Shown here piece by piece: positions 9,116 through 18,468 of a stretch of DNA of 64,000 nt (position 1 is its first letter; the number at the start of each line of letters is the position of its first letter). This stretch comes from Aureliella sp. (lineage in GTDB: Bacteria; Planctomycetota; Planctomycetia; Pirellulales; Pirellulaceae). The stretch is taken from contig OY829846.1 of the NCBI GenBank assembly GCA_963691875.1, positions 1,216,001 to 1,280,000 on the forward strand, given 5' to 3'. The notes below the pieces were generated by a model. It made no database searches. It had not been told where the DNA came from and saw nothing but the letters and a program-made list of their open reading frames with translations. Made by a program: the position numbers and the translations under genes.

Positions 9116-10639
9116 ATGCTAAGTATTGTTACATCTCCTCGCCCTAGCCAATCTATCCTCGTGCTTTGCTGGCTGCACCTTTCATCCTTGCTGTTCATAC
9201 AAGCTGCGTCTGCTTTTGAACGCCCCAATATCGTCTTTCTCTTTGCAGACGATCAGGCGACTTACTCAATGGGCTGTTACGGAACGCCCGGAGCCAAAAC
9301 ACCGAAACTAGATCAGTTGGCTCGTGAAGGCATGGTATTCGATCGCCACTACGATACGACGGCGATCTGCATGGCCAGTCGAGTCAACGTGATGACGGGG
9401 CTCTACGAGTACAAGGCCGGTTGCAACTTCGATAGCGGCAACTTGCTCGACTCACATTGGCAGAACAGCTATCCGATCCAGCTGCGGAAAGCAGGATATC
9501 AAACCGCCTTCGCTGGCAAATTTGGCTTCACCATATGCGAGAAGCCTAATGGCAAAGGCAAGTTGCCTGAGTCCGACTTCGATAGCTGGGGAGGCGGGCC
9601 AGGGCAGACTTCATATCAGACATCGAAGAACGCTTCCATGCGCAAGTATGCGGAGGAGTATCCGCATTCAACCTTATCTTATGGTGCATTCGGTCGGGAT
9701 TTCATCAAAGACGCCGCCAAGAAAGACGCGCCATTTTGCCTTTCCATTTCGTTCAAAGCGCCCCATCATCCAGTCCAACCGGATCCCGAATTTGACGATG
9801 TTTACAAGGGCGCCAAGTTCGTGAAACCAGCCAACTATGGCCGCGAACATGGTGAGCATTTTTCAAATCAAAGTCGTCAGGGCCGTCAGTATGAACGATT
9901 TCATTCGTGGAATTATGCTGACAAGTACGACGAAACAATGGCCTTGTACTACCAACAGATCTACGCCATCGATGTCGCGACCGGCATGATTCGCAAGGCA
10001 ATTGAAGAGGCTGGAGTCAGCAAAAATACGGTTGTCATCTACAGCTCAGACAACGGTTTCCTCAATGGCTCGCACGGCTACGGTTCGAAAGTGCTTCCAT
10101 ACGAAGAAGCTACACGTGTGCCGCTCATCGTCTTTGATCCTCGGCATTCAAGTTCTGGAAAACAGCTACGCTGCGATGCACTTACCGGGAATGTCGACAT
10201 CGGTGCAACGATTTTTGACTTGGCAGGAGTTGACACGCCTGAGTCCATGGATGGCCGCAGCCTGATGAGACTGCTCGATGATCCTCAGAAAGAGATTCAT
10301 GACTACTTGCCTCTAGTCAATGTCTGGGGCCCAAATAAGGTACATAGTTTCGCCGTGGTCACGAAACAAGGAAAGTACGTTTACTGGCCCTATGCGGGAG
10401 AAGGATTTGAAGCGACTGAAGAAGCCTACGACATGAAGAATGACAACTTAGAACTACATAACATGCTTGGCAAGCCAGAGTACCAGGCTCAGGTCGACGC
10501 TTTGAAGCGAACTTACTCCAAGGCTCTCAAACACTGGAAGAAAGAAAGAGTGGATTATCACGGCTACAGTCGATTTATCACCATCTTTGATCCCGGCAAA
10601 CCGTGGAGTGCAAAAGAAAAGCTCTATCGCAAGAAGTAG
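9116..10639 (+). CDS. Sulfatase (S1, formylglycine-dependent)
   Basis: RPNIVFLFADDQ, CMASR (CxxxR), GKF, KAPH, YSSDNG, YEEATRVPLI. Start refined to ATG 9116. Confidence 0.93.
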   Translation: MLSIVTSPRPSQSILVLCWLHLSSLLFIQAASAFERPNIVFLFADDQATYSMGCYGTPGAKTPKLDQLAREGMVFDRHYDTTAICMASRVNVMTGLYEYKAGCNFDSGNLLDSHWQNSYPIQLRKAGYQTAFAGKFGFTICEKPNGKGKLPESDFDSWGGGPGQTSYQTSKNASMRKYAEEYPHSTLSYGAFGRDFIKDAAKKDAPFCLSISFKAPHHPVQPDPEFDDVYKGAKFVKPANYGREHGEHFSNQSRQGRQYERFHSWNYADKYDETMALYYQQIYAIDVATGMIRKAIEEAGVSKNTVVIYSSDNGFLNGSHGYGSKVLPYEEATRVPLIVFDPRHSSSGKQLRCDALTGNVDIGATIFDLAGVDTPESMDGRSLMRLLDDPQKEIHDYLPLVNVWGPNKVHSFAVVTKQGKYVYWPYAGEGFEATEEAYDMKNDNLELHNMLGKPEYQAQVDALKRTYSKALKHWKKERVDYHGYSRFITIFDPGKPWSAKEKLYRKK

Positions 10640-11103
10640 TAACTGTTCGGGGAAATCTCAGACTCGGTACGAGTCAACCTACTGATAGTGAAAAGAATCC
10701 CGAGCAAATGAGGATCGACCGACTCTCGTTTCTTGCAAAGGCGGTTGGGATAGCCGTCGCATTGGTAGAGATCATTGTTGTGCTCGCTTTGATCGTTCCG
10801 TTCATCGCTTGTATGCCCAACGGACTTGTGTGGCATATTCGCAGGTAAGGATGGGTTTCCACCTGCAATCTTATCGGATTCCTCACCTTGTTCCAAGAAC
10901 CCATTTTACCCTCCTAAGCATGCGGATGTGCCAAGGAAAAGCCCCAACGGTTTGCCACAACCCCGGAATCTGGAAAGGTGCCGACTCGAGAAGACACTAT
11001 CCACGTGTTTTCTACCATGGCTGTGATCGTGGCTTTTTTATTTCCGCAGCCGTTTTGGTAGTTGGCTTGCTTGTTCGGCCGGTGCACTAAATGCGTGAGA
11101 ATT

Positions 11104-11922
11104 TCAGCTAGATGTAGCAGGTCGCCACATCCAGATTTCTCCTTTGCCAGGCACCGCTTGATCGCCTGTAAACCGAGCGTAGAATCCGGCATCATTAAGT
11201 CGTGGGATAGTGATCTGATACTCGGCGAGGTGTCGAGCAAATATATTGACGAAGCTGCTGTCGAGTTTTCCTGCTGGCTGAAAAGTAGGCATCATCTCGA
11301 ATTCCTTAAGTGAAATGATCGTGCCGCGATTCATCCAAGCTCCGGTACGTAGCTCCGCGCCCTTAAGGAGTACAATCGTCCCTCCTTTCATTTGCAGCCC
11401 GGCAAAGTCTCTGACAGTTTCTCCAATCACGATCGTCCCGCGACGCATGCGCAATCCGACTTCCAGACCGGCCGAACCTCCGACTGAAATAAAGCCATTT
11501 CGCATCCCGGACATGCCGCCACGATAGCTTCCGCCGATCTGCCCGCCGGCATTTCCGCTGATCCGAATTGTTCCATTCTTCATCTCGGCACCGACCCAAT
11601 CACTGGCGTCGCCATAGATCTGGATCAAACCTGATTTCATATACGCACCTAAGTGCATTCCGACCGAGCCATGCACTTCGATCGAACCTTTGGTCATGGC
11701 ACGCCCGATCCAACGCACTTTCTCCAACGCGCCCGAAATTTTGAGCTCGCTGCTTCTCTCACCACGTACTTCAAAGAACTCGCCGAGCGGTAACTGGCGT
11801 TTGCCGTGATAGACGGTGAGGCCGCAAATCTCTGCCTCGCCTAGGCACTCCATCACGTCAGGGCTAATCACCTCCGCTTCGAGCGGCACCGTAGGCTGTC
11901 GTTTCAGAGTCAACTCAATCAT
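11104..11922 (-). CDS. fhcC: Formylmethanofuran dehydrogenase / formyltransferase-hydrolase complex subunit C
   Basis: MIELTLKRQPTVPLEAEVISPD...LGEFFEV and repeated GxxMxxGxIxVxG beta-helix units. Start refined to ATG 11922. Confidence 0.9.
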   Translation of the reverse strand: MIELTLKRQPTVPLEAEVISPDVMECLGEAEICGLTVYHGKRQLPLGEFFEVRGERSSELKISGALEKVRWIGRAMTKGSIEVHGSVGMHLGAYMKSGLIQIYGDASDWVGAEMKNGTIRISGNAGGQIGGSYRGGMSGMRNGFISVGGSAGLEVGLRMRRGTIVIGETVRDFAGLQMKGGTIVLLKGAELRTGAWMNRGTIISLKEFEMMPTFQPAGKLDSSFVNIFARHLAEYQITIPRLNDAGFYARFTGDQAVPGKGEIWMWRPATSS

Positions 11923-12043
11923 GTATGGTCGCGAGTCAGAGTGCGGAGGCTGGGTGAAGTCCCATCCTAGCAAGTTCTACTCAATGAAGTTGCTGCCTGC
12001 CAATACGCAATTTGTCGGAGCAGCATGAATACGAATCAAAAGC

Positions 12044-13579
12044 CTAAGAAATGATGTCATGGACAACTTCGCCGTGAACATCCGTCAGTCGGAAATATCG
12101 GCCCTGGAAACGATAGGTCAGTCGCTCGTGGTCGATACCGAGTAAATGAAGCAGAGTAGCTTGGAGGTCGTGAACGTGAACTTTGTCTTCAACCGCATTG
12201 AAGGCTAATTCATCGGACGCGCCGTAGGTGATTCCTTGCTTCACTCCACCACCAGCCATCCAGATTGTGAAAGCATAAGGGTGATGGTCGCGTCCCCAGC
12301 GAGGCCGATTGTCTAGTTTTCCTTGAATGAAAGGCGTTCGCCCAAACTCTCCGCCCCAAATTACGAGCGTGTCGTCGAGCATACCGCGCATTTTCAAGTC
12401 CTGCACCAATGCGGCACTCGGCTGATCTGTATCGCGGCACTGATTATAGAGCTCAGTCGTTAGGCTGTTGTGCTGATCCCAACCCGCGTGCATGCATTGC
12501 ACAAAGGGAACTCCGCGTTCGGCCAGCCGTCGAGCCATCAAGCAGTTGTAGGCGAATGAACCAGGTTCCCGAACTCCAGGGCCATACATGTCCAAGACGT
12601 GCTGCGGCTCGTCACTGAAGTCCGTGAGTTCCGGCACAGACGTTTGCATTTGATACGCCATCTCATACTGGGCTATTCGAGTTTGAATCTCGGGATCGCC
12701 TGCCTGCTGAAACTTGATTTCATTCAAGGCAGCAAGATCATCCAGCATGCTTCGCCTCAGTTCACGAGGCATGCCCTCCGGGTTATTGAGGTACAAGACA
12801 GGATTGCGACTGCCTCGAAACTTGGTGCCTTGGAAGCGACTTGGTAGAAAGCCGGAACTCCAATAGAAGTCGTAGAAAATTTGGCCGCAAGACGTTCCTT
12901 TGCTGACTGAGGTCATCACGACGAATCCCGGCAAATCTTCGACAGGTGAGCCAAGACCATAGTTCAGCCAAGCGCCCATTGTGGGGCGCCCTGGAATTTC
13001 CGCGCCACTGAGCAAGAAGGAAATCGCAGGAGCGTGATTCACAGCCTCGGTGTGCAAACTTTTGATAAAGCAAATATCGTCCACAATACCGGCGGTATAA
13101 GGCATGAAAGCACTGACCCAGGCGCCTGATTGTCCGTGCTGCGAGAACGGCTCAACGGGGGCTAGCATCAGCTTGCCATTTGCCTGGCCAGTCATCGTGC
13201 TAAATCGCTTCCCACCGATATACGAGTCAGGGACCGGCTGTCCATGCAACTTGGGAATCAACGGCTTGTAGTCGAACAAATCGACATGCGTCGGTGCACC
13301 GTTTTGAAACAGATAAATCACTCGTTTCGCCTTGGGGGCGCAATGCGGTAGCCCTGGTAGTGCACCTTGGTCGCCTGCAGAGAGTTGAGATGAAGCCTTG
13401 TCGCCCTCCGCGCGGCTCTCCTTTCCTAACAGCGCCGCCAGCGCAGCTCCGCCGATGCCGGTGGCGGACTTGCCAAAGAAGTAACGGCGATTAATCCCAA
13501 GTTGCCGCTCCGTAATGGGACTTGGAGCAGATTGATCCAAGACCTCCCAAGAAGGAGTTTCTACTTTGCTTTTGCTCAT
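12044..13579 (-). CDS. DUF1501 domain protein
   Basis: NRRYFF Tat-like motif, KAKRVIYLFQNGAPTHVDLFDYKP, ARRLAERGV, GWDQH, GEFGRTP, GRDHHP, VHVHDLQAT. Start refined to ATG 13579. Confidence 0.93.
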   Translation of the reverse strand: MSKSKVETPSWEVLDQSAPSPITERQLGINRRYFFGKSATGIGGAALAALLGKESRAEGDKASSQLSAGDQGALPGLPHCAPKAKRVIYLFQNGAPTHVDLFDYKPLIPKLHGQPVPDSYIGGKRFSTMTGQANGKLMLAPVEPFSQHGQSGAWVSAFMPYTAGIVDDICFIKSLHTEAVNHAPAISFLLSGAEIPGRPTMGAWLNYGLGSPVEDLPGFVVMTSVSKGTSCGQIFYDFYWSSGFLPSRFQGTKFRGSRNPVLYLNNPEGMPRELRRSMLDDLAALNEIKFQQAGDPEIQTRIAQYEMAYQMQTSVPELTDFSDEPQHVLDMYGPGVREPGSFAYNCLMARRLAERGVPFVQCMHAGWDQHNSLTTELYNQCRDTDQPSAALVQDLKMRGMLDDTLVIWGGEFGRTPFIQGKLDNRPRWGRDHHPYAFTIWMAGGGVKQGITYGASDELAFNAVEDKVHVHDLQATLLHLLGIDHERLTYRFQGRYFRLTDVHGEVVHDIIS

Positions 13580-13584
13580 CCTCA

Positions 13585-16500
13585 CTACTCCTTGCTTAGC
13601 GTCTCGTCGAGGTTCAAAACGTTTAAGCAAACATTCGTCCAGGCGGCCAGCAGTAAACGAGCAGGCAAATCGGAGCTTTCTTGCGATTCTCGCCCTCGTT
13701 TGCCAAGCAGTGCGTCGACCTCCACTGGCTGCTGCGAGTAGAACTCGGTCGCTCGCTGTAGGCTTCGTTTCCAAATCGCGAGTTCCCGTTGCGAAAGCTC
13801 GCGGCAAAGTACGCGTTTCGACATCCACTGCAATCGCCCCGCATCATTGTCCGCCGCGACTATGCATGCCCGAGCAAGTTCCTTCGCCGACTCCACATAG
13901 CTAAACTCATTCAGGGTAGTCAGAGCGTGCATCGGTGTGTTCGTACGAATCGGTTTAACCTCACACACTTGACGTTTGCCGCTGTCGAAGAACATCGTCG
14001 GCCCCACGATTCGACGCCAGTAGGTGTACAAACTGCGGCGATAAAGTTCTTTTTCATTGCCAACCTTGTAAGACTTCTTTCCGAAGGTCGCCTCTTTCCA
14101 AATCCCTTCGGGCTGATATGGAAACACCGACGGACCACCCTGCGTTTGATCTAGCAAGCCAGACACATGCAAAGCTTGATCGTGAAGCATCCAGGAAGGC
14201 AAGCGGTAACGTGGACCTCGAGCGAAGAAGCGATTCTCGGGATCCATTTCCAAGTCTTCTTTACTTCCGATCCTGGAACTGCGCCGATACGCATCGCTGG
14301 TAACGATCAGAGTGAGAAGATGCTTAACATCCCAACCAGATTCGATGAACTCGATGGCCAGCCAATCGAGCAATTCTTTGTTCTTCGGGTATTCACTTTG
14401 CAAACCGAAATCTTCTGTCGTCTTGACGAGCCCAATACCGAAAAGCATCTGCCAAAAGCGATTGACGGTTACGCGAGCCGTCAATGGATTGTCGCGGTGT
14501 ACCAGCCAGCGAGCCAAATCAATGCGTTTCCCGCTGTGCTCTTTCGAGAGTGGCGGCAGGAATCCTGGCGTGTCCGCCTGCACTTCGTCTTGTGGCTGGT
14601 TATACTGACCTCGATTCAGGATGAATGTCTGCCTCTGCTCTCCACGGTCCCTCAAGACCATGACTTTGGGATACTCCTTCCGTTGGCCATCCAATCTCTT
14701 CTGTTGCTCGGCGACTTGCTTTTTAAGCTGCGTTAGGATTTGGTCCATGGCATGATACGCTTCCGTGATCTGCTTCTTCTGCTCGGCGTTGCGTTTCTCT
14801 TGAGGAATAGCCAAAGCTTCTTGCAATCCACTCGACGTATCCTCCAGCGGCGGAGATTCCTTGCTACTCAGCCCGAGACGAAAATGCCCAAGATTGTGTG
14901 CCGTGTGCACCGAGTTGAATTTCAGTTGCACGCGCAAAATCGTACCTTGCTCGACCTCAGTCGGCTCAGCGAGCTCAAACACGGCGGCGTGATCGCGATC
15001 GATGTTCTTGCCATTCCATACTGCCCAGCCAGTCCCTGGATTGGAATCGATACTTGCTTCGATCTTCAACGAGCCTTGCTCAAAGGAAGCTTTGGCACGA
15101 GCGATCTTTAGCTCAGTTGTGATACCTTCTTTGTCAATTGTTTGAAGCGCAAAGTCCGTCAAGACAAAGTTGCCGCTGTTGGAGCGAGCAAGTCCTCCCC
15201 CAGTCATTGATGGATGCCTTATGGCATCGAGTCGAATCGCGGTAACCCTCTGAGCATCAAGTTCGTACTCGAGTTCGTATGCGTCGTTGTCCGGATTTCC
15301 ACCGCTGGTGAGCAAATTCCCGTTGTCTAGCAACTCTAGTTGCTGAGCTTTGGACTGTTCCTTCGCGCGGAATGAAACCGGAACAATCGCTTTCCAGTCG
15401 CGTGTCTCTGTAAGAGCCAGCTGTAGCTCTTCCCATTTTGGCTGATTGATCGCGAGCTTTCTCTCTTGTTCTTTGAGCTTCCCCCTCGCTTCATTGATGG
15501 CTGCAAGCAGCTCTTTTTCCTGCTCAGCTTGTTGTGGGCTCGCGACTGAAAGGACAGGTGCAGTCTGTGGATCGCCACCGCCGCCATTGACGGGCGTCTG
15601 ATTGAAGAACGCGGTAAGCTGGAAGTACTCCTTCTGCAGCAGCGGGTCGAACTTGTGGTCGTGGCAGCGGCAGCAATTCAGAGTCAAGCCAAGCCACACA
15701 GTGCCCATGGTTTCGGTCATCTCCATGACGTAGTCAAGGCGATTTTCTTCCGGGATGCGACCACCTTCGCCGTTGATCATGTGATTGCGGAAGAATCCAG
15801 TGGCAAGTATCTGCTCTGGCGTGGCTTCGGTTAACTGATCACCGGCGACTTGCCAGACCGTGAACTGGTCGTAGGGCAGGTTATCATTGAAAGCTTTTAC
15901 GACCCAATCGCGCCACGGCCACATCGTTCGCTCGCGATCGCCTTGGTAACCGTTCGTGTCTGCATAGCGTGCAGCCTCAAGCCAGTCCCACGCCATCCGC
16001 TCACCGTAGGCCTGCGACGCGAGTTTCTTTGCGACGATTCGCTGCCAAGCGTCTAGTTCCGAAGACTGCTCAAACTCATTCAATTCTTCGGGTGTCGGTG
16101 GCAATCCGGTGAGGTCGAAACTGAGACGCCGCAGTAAAGCGCCCTTGTCAGCGGGAGGATTGGCTATGAGTCCCGTATTCTCCAGATTCTTATCGATGAA
16201 GTAATCAACCGGATGGTCGGTCGGGTCACCGACGTTCGGGCGTTCAATACGCTCAAAGGCCCAGTGTTTTCCCCATTCGGCGCCTGACTCGATCCATCGT
16301 TTCAAAAGGTCTTTCTGCTGGTCCGAAAGCGGCCGATCCAGTTCCTCGGGCGGCATCAGCAGACTGCCATCATCAGTAATGATGCGTTGGTAAAGTTTAC
16401 TATGTTCCGGATCGCCGGAACGAACGACTGCATAACCACCTCGGTCGCGTTTGACATCCCGTTCTAGATCCAGCCGCAGTTCCGACTCCTCGGCGACTTT

Positions 16501-16671
16501 GGCGTCGGGGCCGTGGCACTGGAAACATCGGTCAGAAAGGATCGGTAGGATGTCGCGCGCGAATTCGATCTCTTTGCTGGGACGATCTTCAGCAATCGAA
16601 GGCACTACTAGTTGCACCACGATAAGTAGCGACAATGATGCAATGGCAGCGCAACTGCAGGTGAATCTCAT
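13585..16671 (-). CDS. PSD1/planctomycete cytochrome c protein (DUF1549 + DUF1553)
   Basis: CFQCH and CCRCHDHKFDP haem motifs; WLEAARYADTNG, NPLTARVTVNRFW, YRRSLY; ends 6 bp before the DUF1501 start. Confidence 0.93.
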   Translation of the reverse strand: MRFTCSCAAIASLSLLIVVQLVVPSIAEDRPSKEIEFARDILPILSDRCFQCHGPDAKVAEESELRLDLERDVKRDRGGYAVVRSGDPEHSKLYQRIITDDGSLLMPPEELDRPLSDQQKDLLKRWIESGAEWGKHWAFERIERPNVGDPTDHPVDYFIDKNLENTGLIANPPADKGALLRRLSFDLTGLPPTPEELNEFEQSSELDAWQRIVAKKLASQAYGERMAWDWLEAARYADTNGYQGDRERTMWPWRDWVVKAFNDNLPYDQFTVWQVAGDQLTEATPEQILATGFFRNHMINGEGGRIPEENRLDYVMEMTETMGTVWLGLTLNCCRCHDHKFDPLLQKEYFQLTAFFNQTPVNGGGGDPQTAPVLSVASPQQAEQEKELLAAINEARGKLKEQERKLAINQPKWEELQLALTETRDWKAIVPVSFRAKEQSKAQQLELLDNGNLLTSGGNPDNDAYELEYELDAQRVTAIRLDAIRHPSMTGGGLARSNSGNFVLTDFALQTIDKEGITTELKIARAKASFEQGSLKIEASIDSNPGTGWAVWNGKNIDRDHAAVFELAEPTEVEQGTILRVQLKFNSVHTAHNLGHFRLGLSSKESPPLEDTSSGLQEALAIPQEKRNAEQKKQITEAYHAMDQILTQLKKQVAEQQKRLDGQRKEYPKVMVLRDRGEQRQTFILNRGQYNQPQDEVQADTPGFLPPLSKEHSGKRIDLARWLVHRDNPLTARVTVNRFWQMLFGIGLVKTTEDFGLQSEYPKNKELLDWLAIEFIESGWDVKHLLTLIVTSDAYRRSSRIGSKEDLEMDPENRFFARGPRYRLPSWMLHDQALHVSGLLDQTQGGPSVFPYQPEGIWKEATFGKKSYKVGNEKELYRRSLYTYWRRIVGPTMFFDSGKRQVCEVKPIRTNTPMHALTTLNEFSYVESAKELARACIVAADNDAGRLQWMSKRVLCRELSQRELAIWKRSLQRATEFYSQQPVEVDALLGKRGRESQESSDLPARLLLAAWTNVCLNVLNLDETLSKE

Positions 16672-17007
16672 TGCAAACCAATTATGGAGACTCTAGGAGG
16701 CGGGAGCATGCTAGAATTTTGCGGTCGCCATTCATGTCAACCGCAGGAGAAAACCTCATTGTAGTTGAATTGGATCGACCTCGGGGCGGATCAGAGGTTC
16801 GTGTAGCACAAAGGCCACTTTTTAGCCGAACTGCTTCTATGTCTAGTTTTAGGCTAGACAGCATTGCCTCAGAACTAAAGAGTGTTCATGCCACAGGCTC
16901 CGTTACCAAAACCGGACTCCTCTCGTTCCGATCTGGATAGGACGCCGTTGTTAGAATCCCACTCGGAACCCGGAGAGGGAAAGAGAAGGTTTGGCGTCGC
17001 AAAATGG

Positions 17008-18033
17008 CTACTTCTTTGCCCGTTTCTCTTCCAATTCCTTGCGGTGGCGAGCATTGCGATAATCGATAACATCCCAAGCCAAGCCTAGCTTTTCCATGAT
17101 CCGGATGGTCATGAACGTTACGTCGATTTCCCACCATTTGTGACCGTGCTTGGCCATGGTTGGATGAGCGTGGTGGTTGTTGTGCCAGCCTTCACCGTAG
17201 GTCATCAAAGCTACCCACCAGTTGTTGCGACTGTCATCCTTGGTTTCGTAATTCCGGTAGCCCCACATGTGGCTAGCAGAATTAACGAGCCATGTGGAGT
17301 GAAGAACAGCGACCATACGAACGCCGACTCCCCACACCAACCATGATAGAGCAAGCGTCATGCCGCCTAGCCAGTAGCCAATTCCGAACAGGATGCCGGA
17401 CAACGCCAAGTTTACTGGTACAAAGCCGTAGTCAAGATTGCGGATGAACTTATCACGATAAAGATCAGGAGCCCATTTTTTGAGATACTCTACGCCGTCC
17501 TTTCCGCCAACTTTAAATGCAAGCCAAAGGGCATGACTCCAAAACGAGCCTTCGTGCGGAGAGTGAGGGTCACCCTCTTGGTCACTCCTGGCGTGGTGCA
17601 GACGGTGATTCGCAACCCAGAGACACGGAGGACCTTCACCTGCCAAGCATCCGACCGTCGCGATCATTCGCTTAGTCCAAGATTGTGTTTTGAAACTGCT
17701 GTGTGTTAGCAATCGATGGTAGCCCAGGCAGATCCCAACACCTCCGCAAACCCAGTGCAAGAAGAAGACCAAACCGAGCCCGGACCAAGTAAAAGTCCAC
17801 GGTGCGGCAAGCACAGTCACATGAATCAAGCCTAGCCAGATCAGAGCACCCCAATTGATGTTGGTTGCTCGGGCCACATTAGGGCGGCCAGAAGGCCATT
17901 TCAATGTGCTGGCTTCGGTCGCCGAACTATTGAGCAGTTGAGAAACATCTTCCTCTGTAGCTGGTTGGACGGTCGAATCAGTTGCCTTGCGATAGTGCCG
18001 CCTGTTGGAACGTCGACTCTGCTTCGTACTCAT
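17008..18033 (-). CDS. Membrane fatty-acid (delta-9-type acyl-lipid/acyl-CoA) desaturase
   Basis: Three His boxes: HRLLTH, HRLHH, HNNHH; GEGWHNNHHAHP. Confidence 0.93.
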   Translation of the reverse strand: MSTKQSRRSNRRHYRKATDSTVQPATEEDVSQLLNSSATEASTLKWPSGRPNVARATNINWGALIWLGLIHVTVLAAPWTFTWSGLGLVFFLHWVCGGVGICLGYHRLLTHSSFKTQSWTKRMIATVGCLAGEGPPCLWVANHRLHHARSDQEGDPHSPHEGSFWSHALWLAFKVGGKDGVEYLKKWAPDLYRDKFIRNLDYGFVPVNLALSGILFGIGYWLGGMTLALSWLVWGVGVRMVAVLHSTWLVNSASHMWGYRNYETKDDSRNNWWVALMTYGEGWHNNHHAHPTMAKHGHKWWEIDVTFMTIRIMEKLGLAWDVIDYRNARHRKELEEKRAKK

Positions 18034-18131
18034 AAGAGCTCACTTGTGTTTTCATAGAAACGCTGGAGTGGGACTCCCCTGTCCCCTACCTACGCCTTCG
18101 TTTGGAATATTGTTTCCGCTTGCCAATACCC

Positions 18132-18382
18132 CGTAAACCCGGAAACTGCCTCAACGTGCCTTCTTCACCGGATTTACGTCGAATTGTCCATGTTCCTCCT
18201 GCTATGCCTGCGACAAGACGCCATACCGGGGGGCTGGTTAGATAAGCGATCACCGTCCGGAAACCAGCCCATCGGCGGTACTAATCAAGCAAACTCCGTC
18301 AATTCGCCAGCTATCTCCAATAATTCGGGGACACCAGAGAGAACTTTTGGCTGAGCCCGAAAATTGACTGACGGAAGTTGCT
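18132..18382 (-). ncRNA. Candidate structured leader RNA (three consecutive stems) upstream of the desaturase
   Basis: Stems 18132-18142/18168-18178 (11 bp), 18231-18239/18262-18270 (9 bp plus a 5 bp extension) and 18288-18303/18367-18382 (15 of 16 paired). The G-U wobbles work only on the minus strand. Confidence 0.35.
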
Positions 18383-18468
18383 GGCTGATTCCTTCTACTT
18401 ACGGCAATGTTGTATTAGAGGCCGCTTCGATCGAATACTTACGAAGTAAATCAAAAAAGAGCTCCTGG

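Noticed and set aside
10603..11090. Short hydrophobic ORFs after the sulfatase
   Set aside because: Overlapping fragments in several frames with no recognisable family; possibly a remnant, but not supportable.
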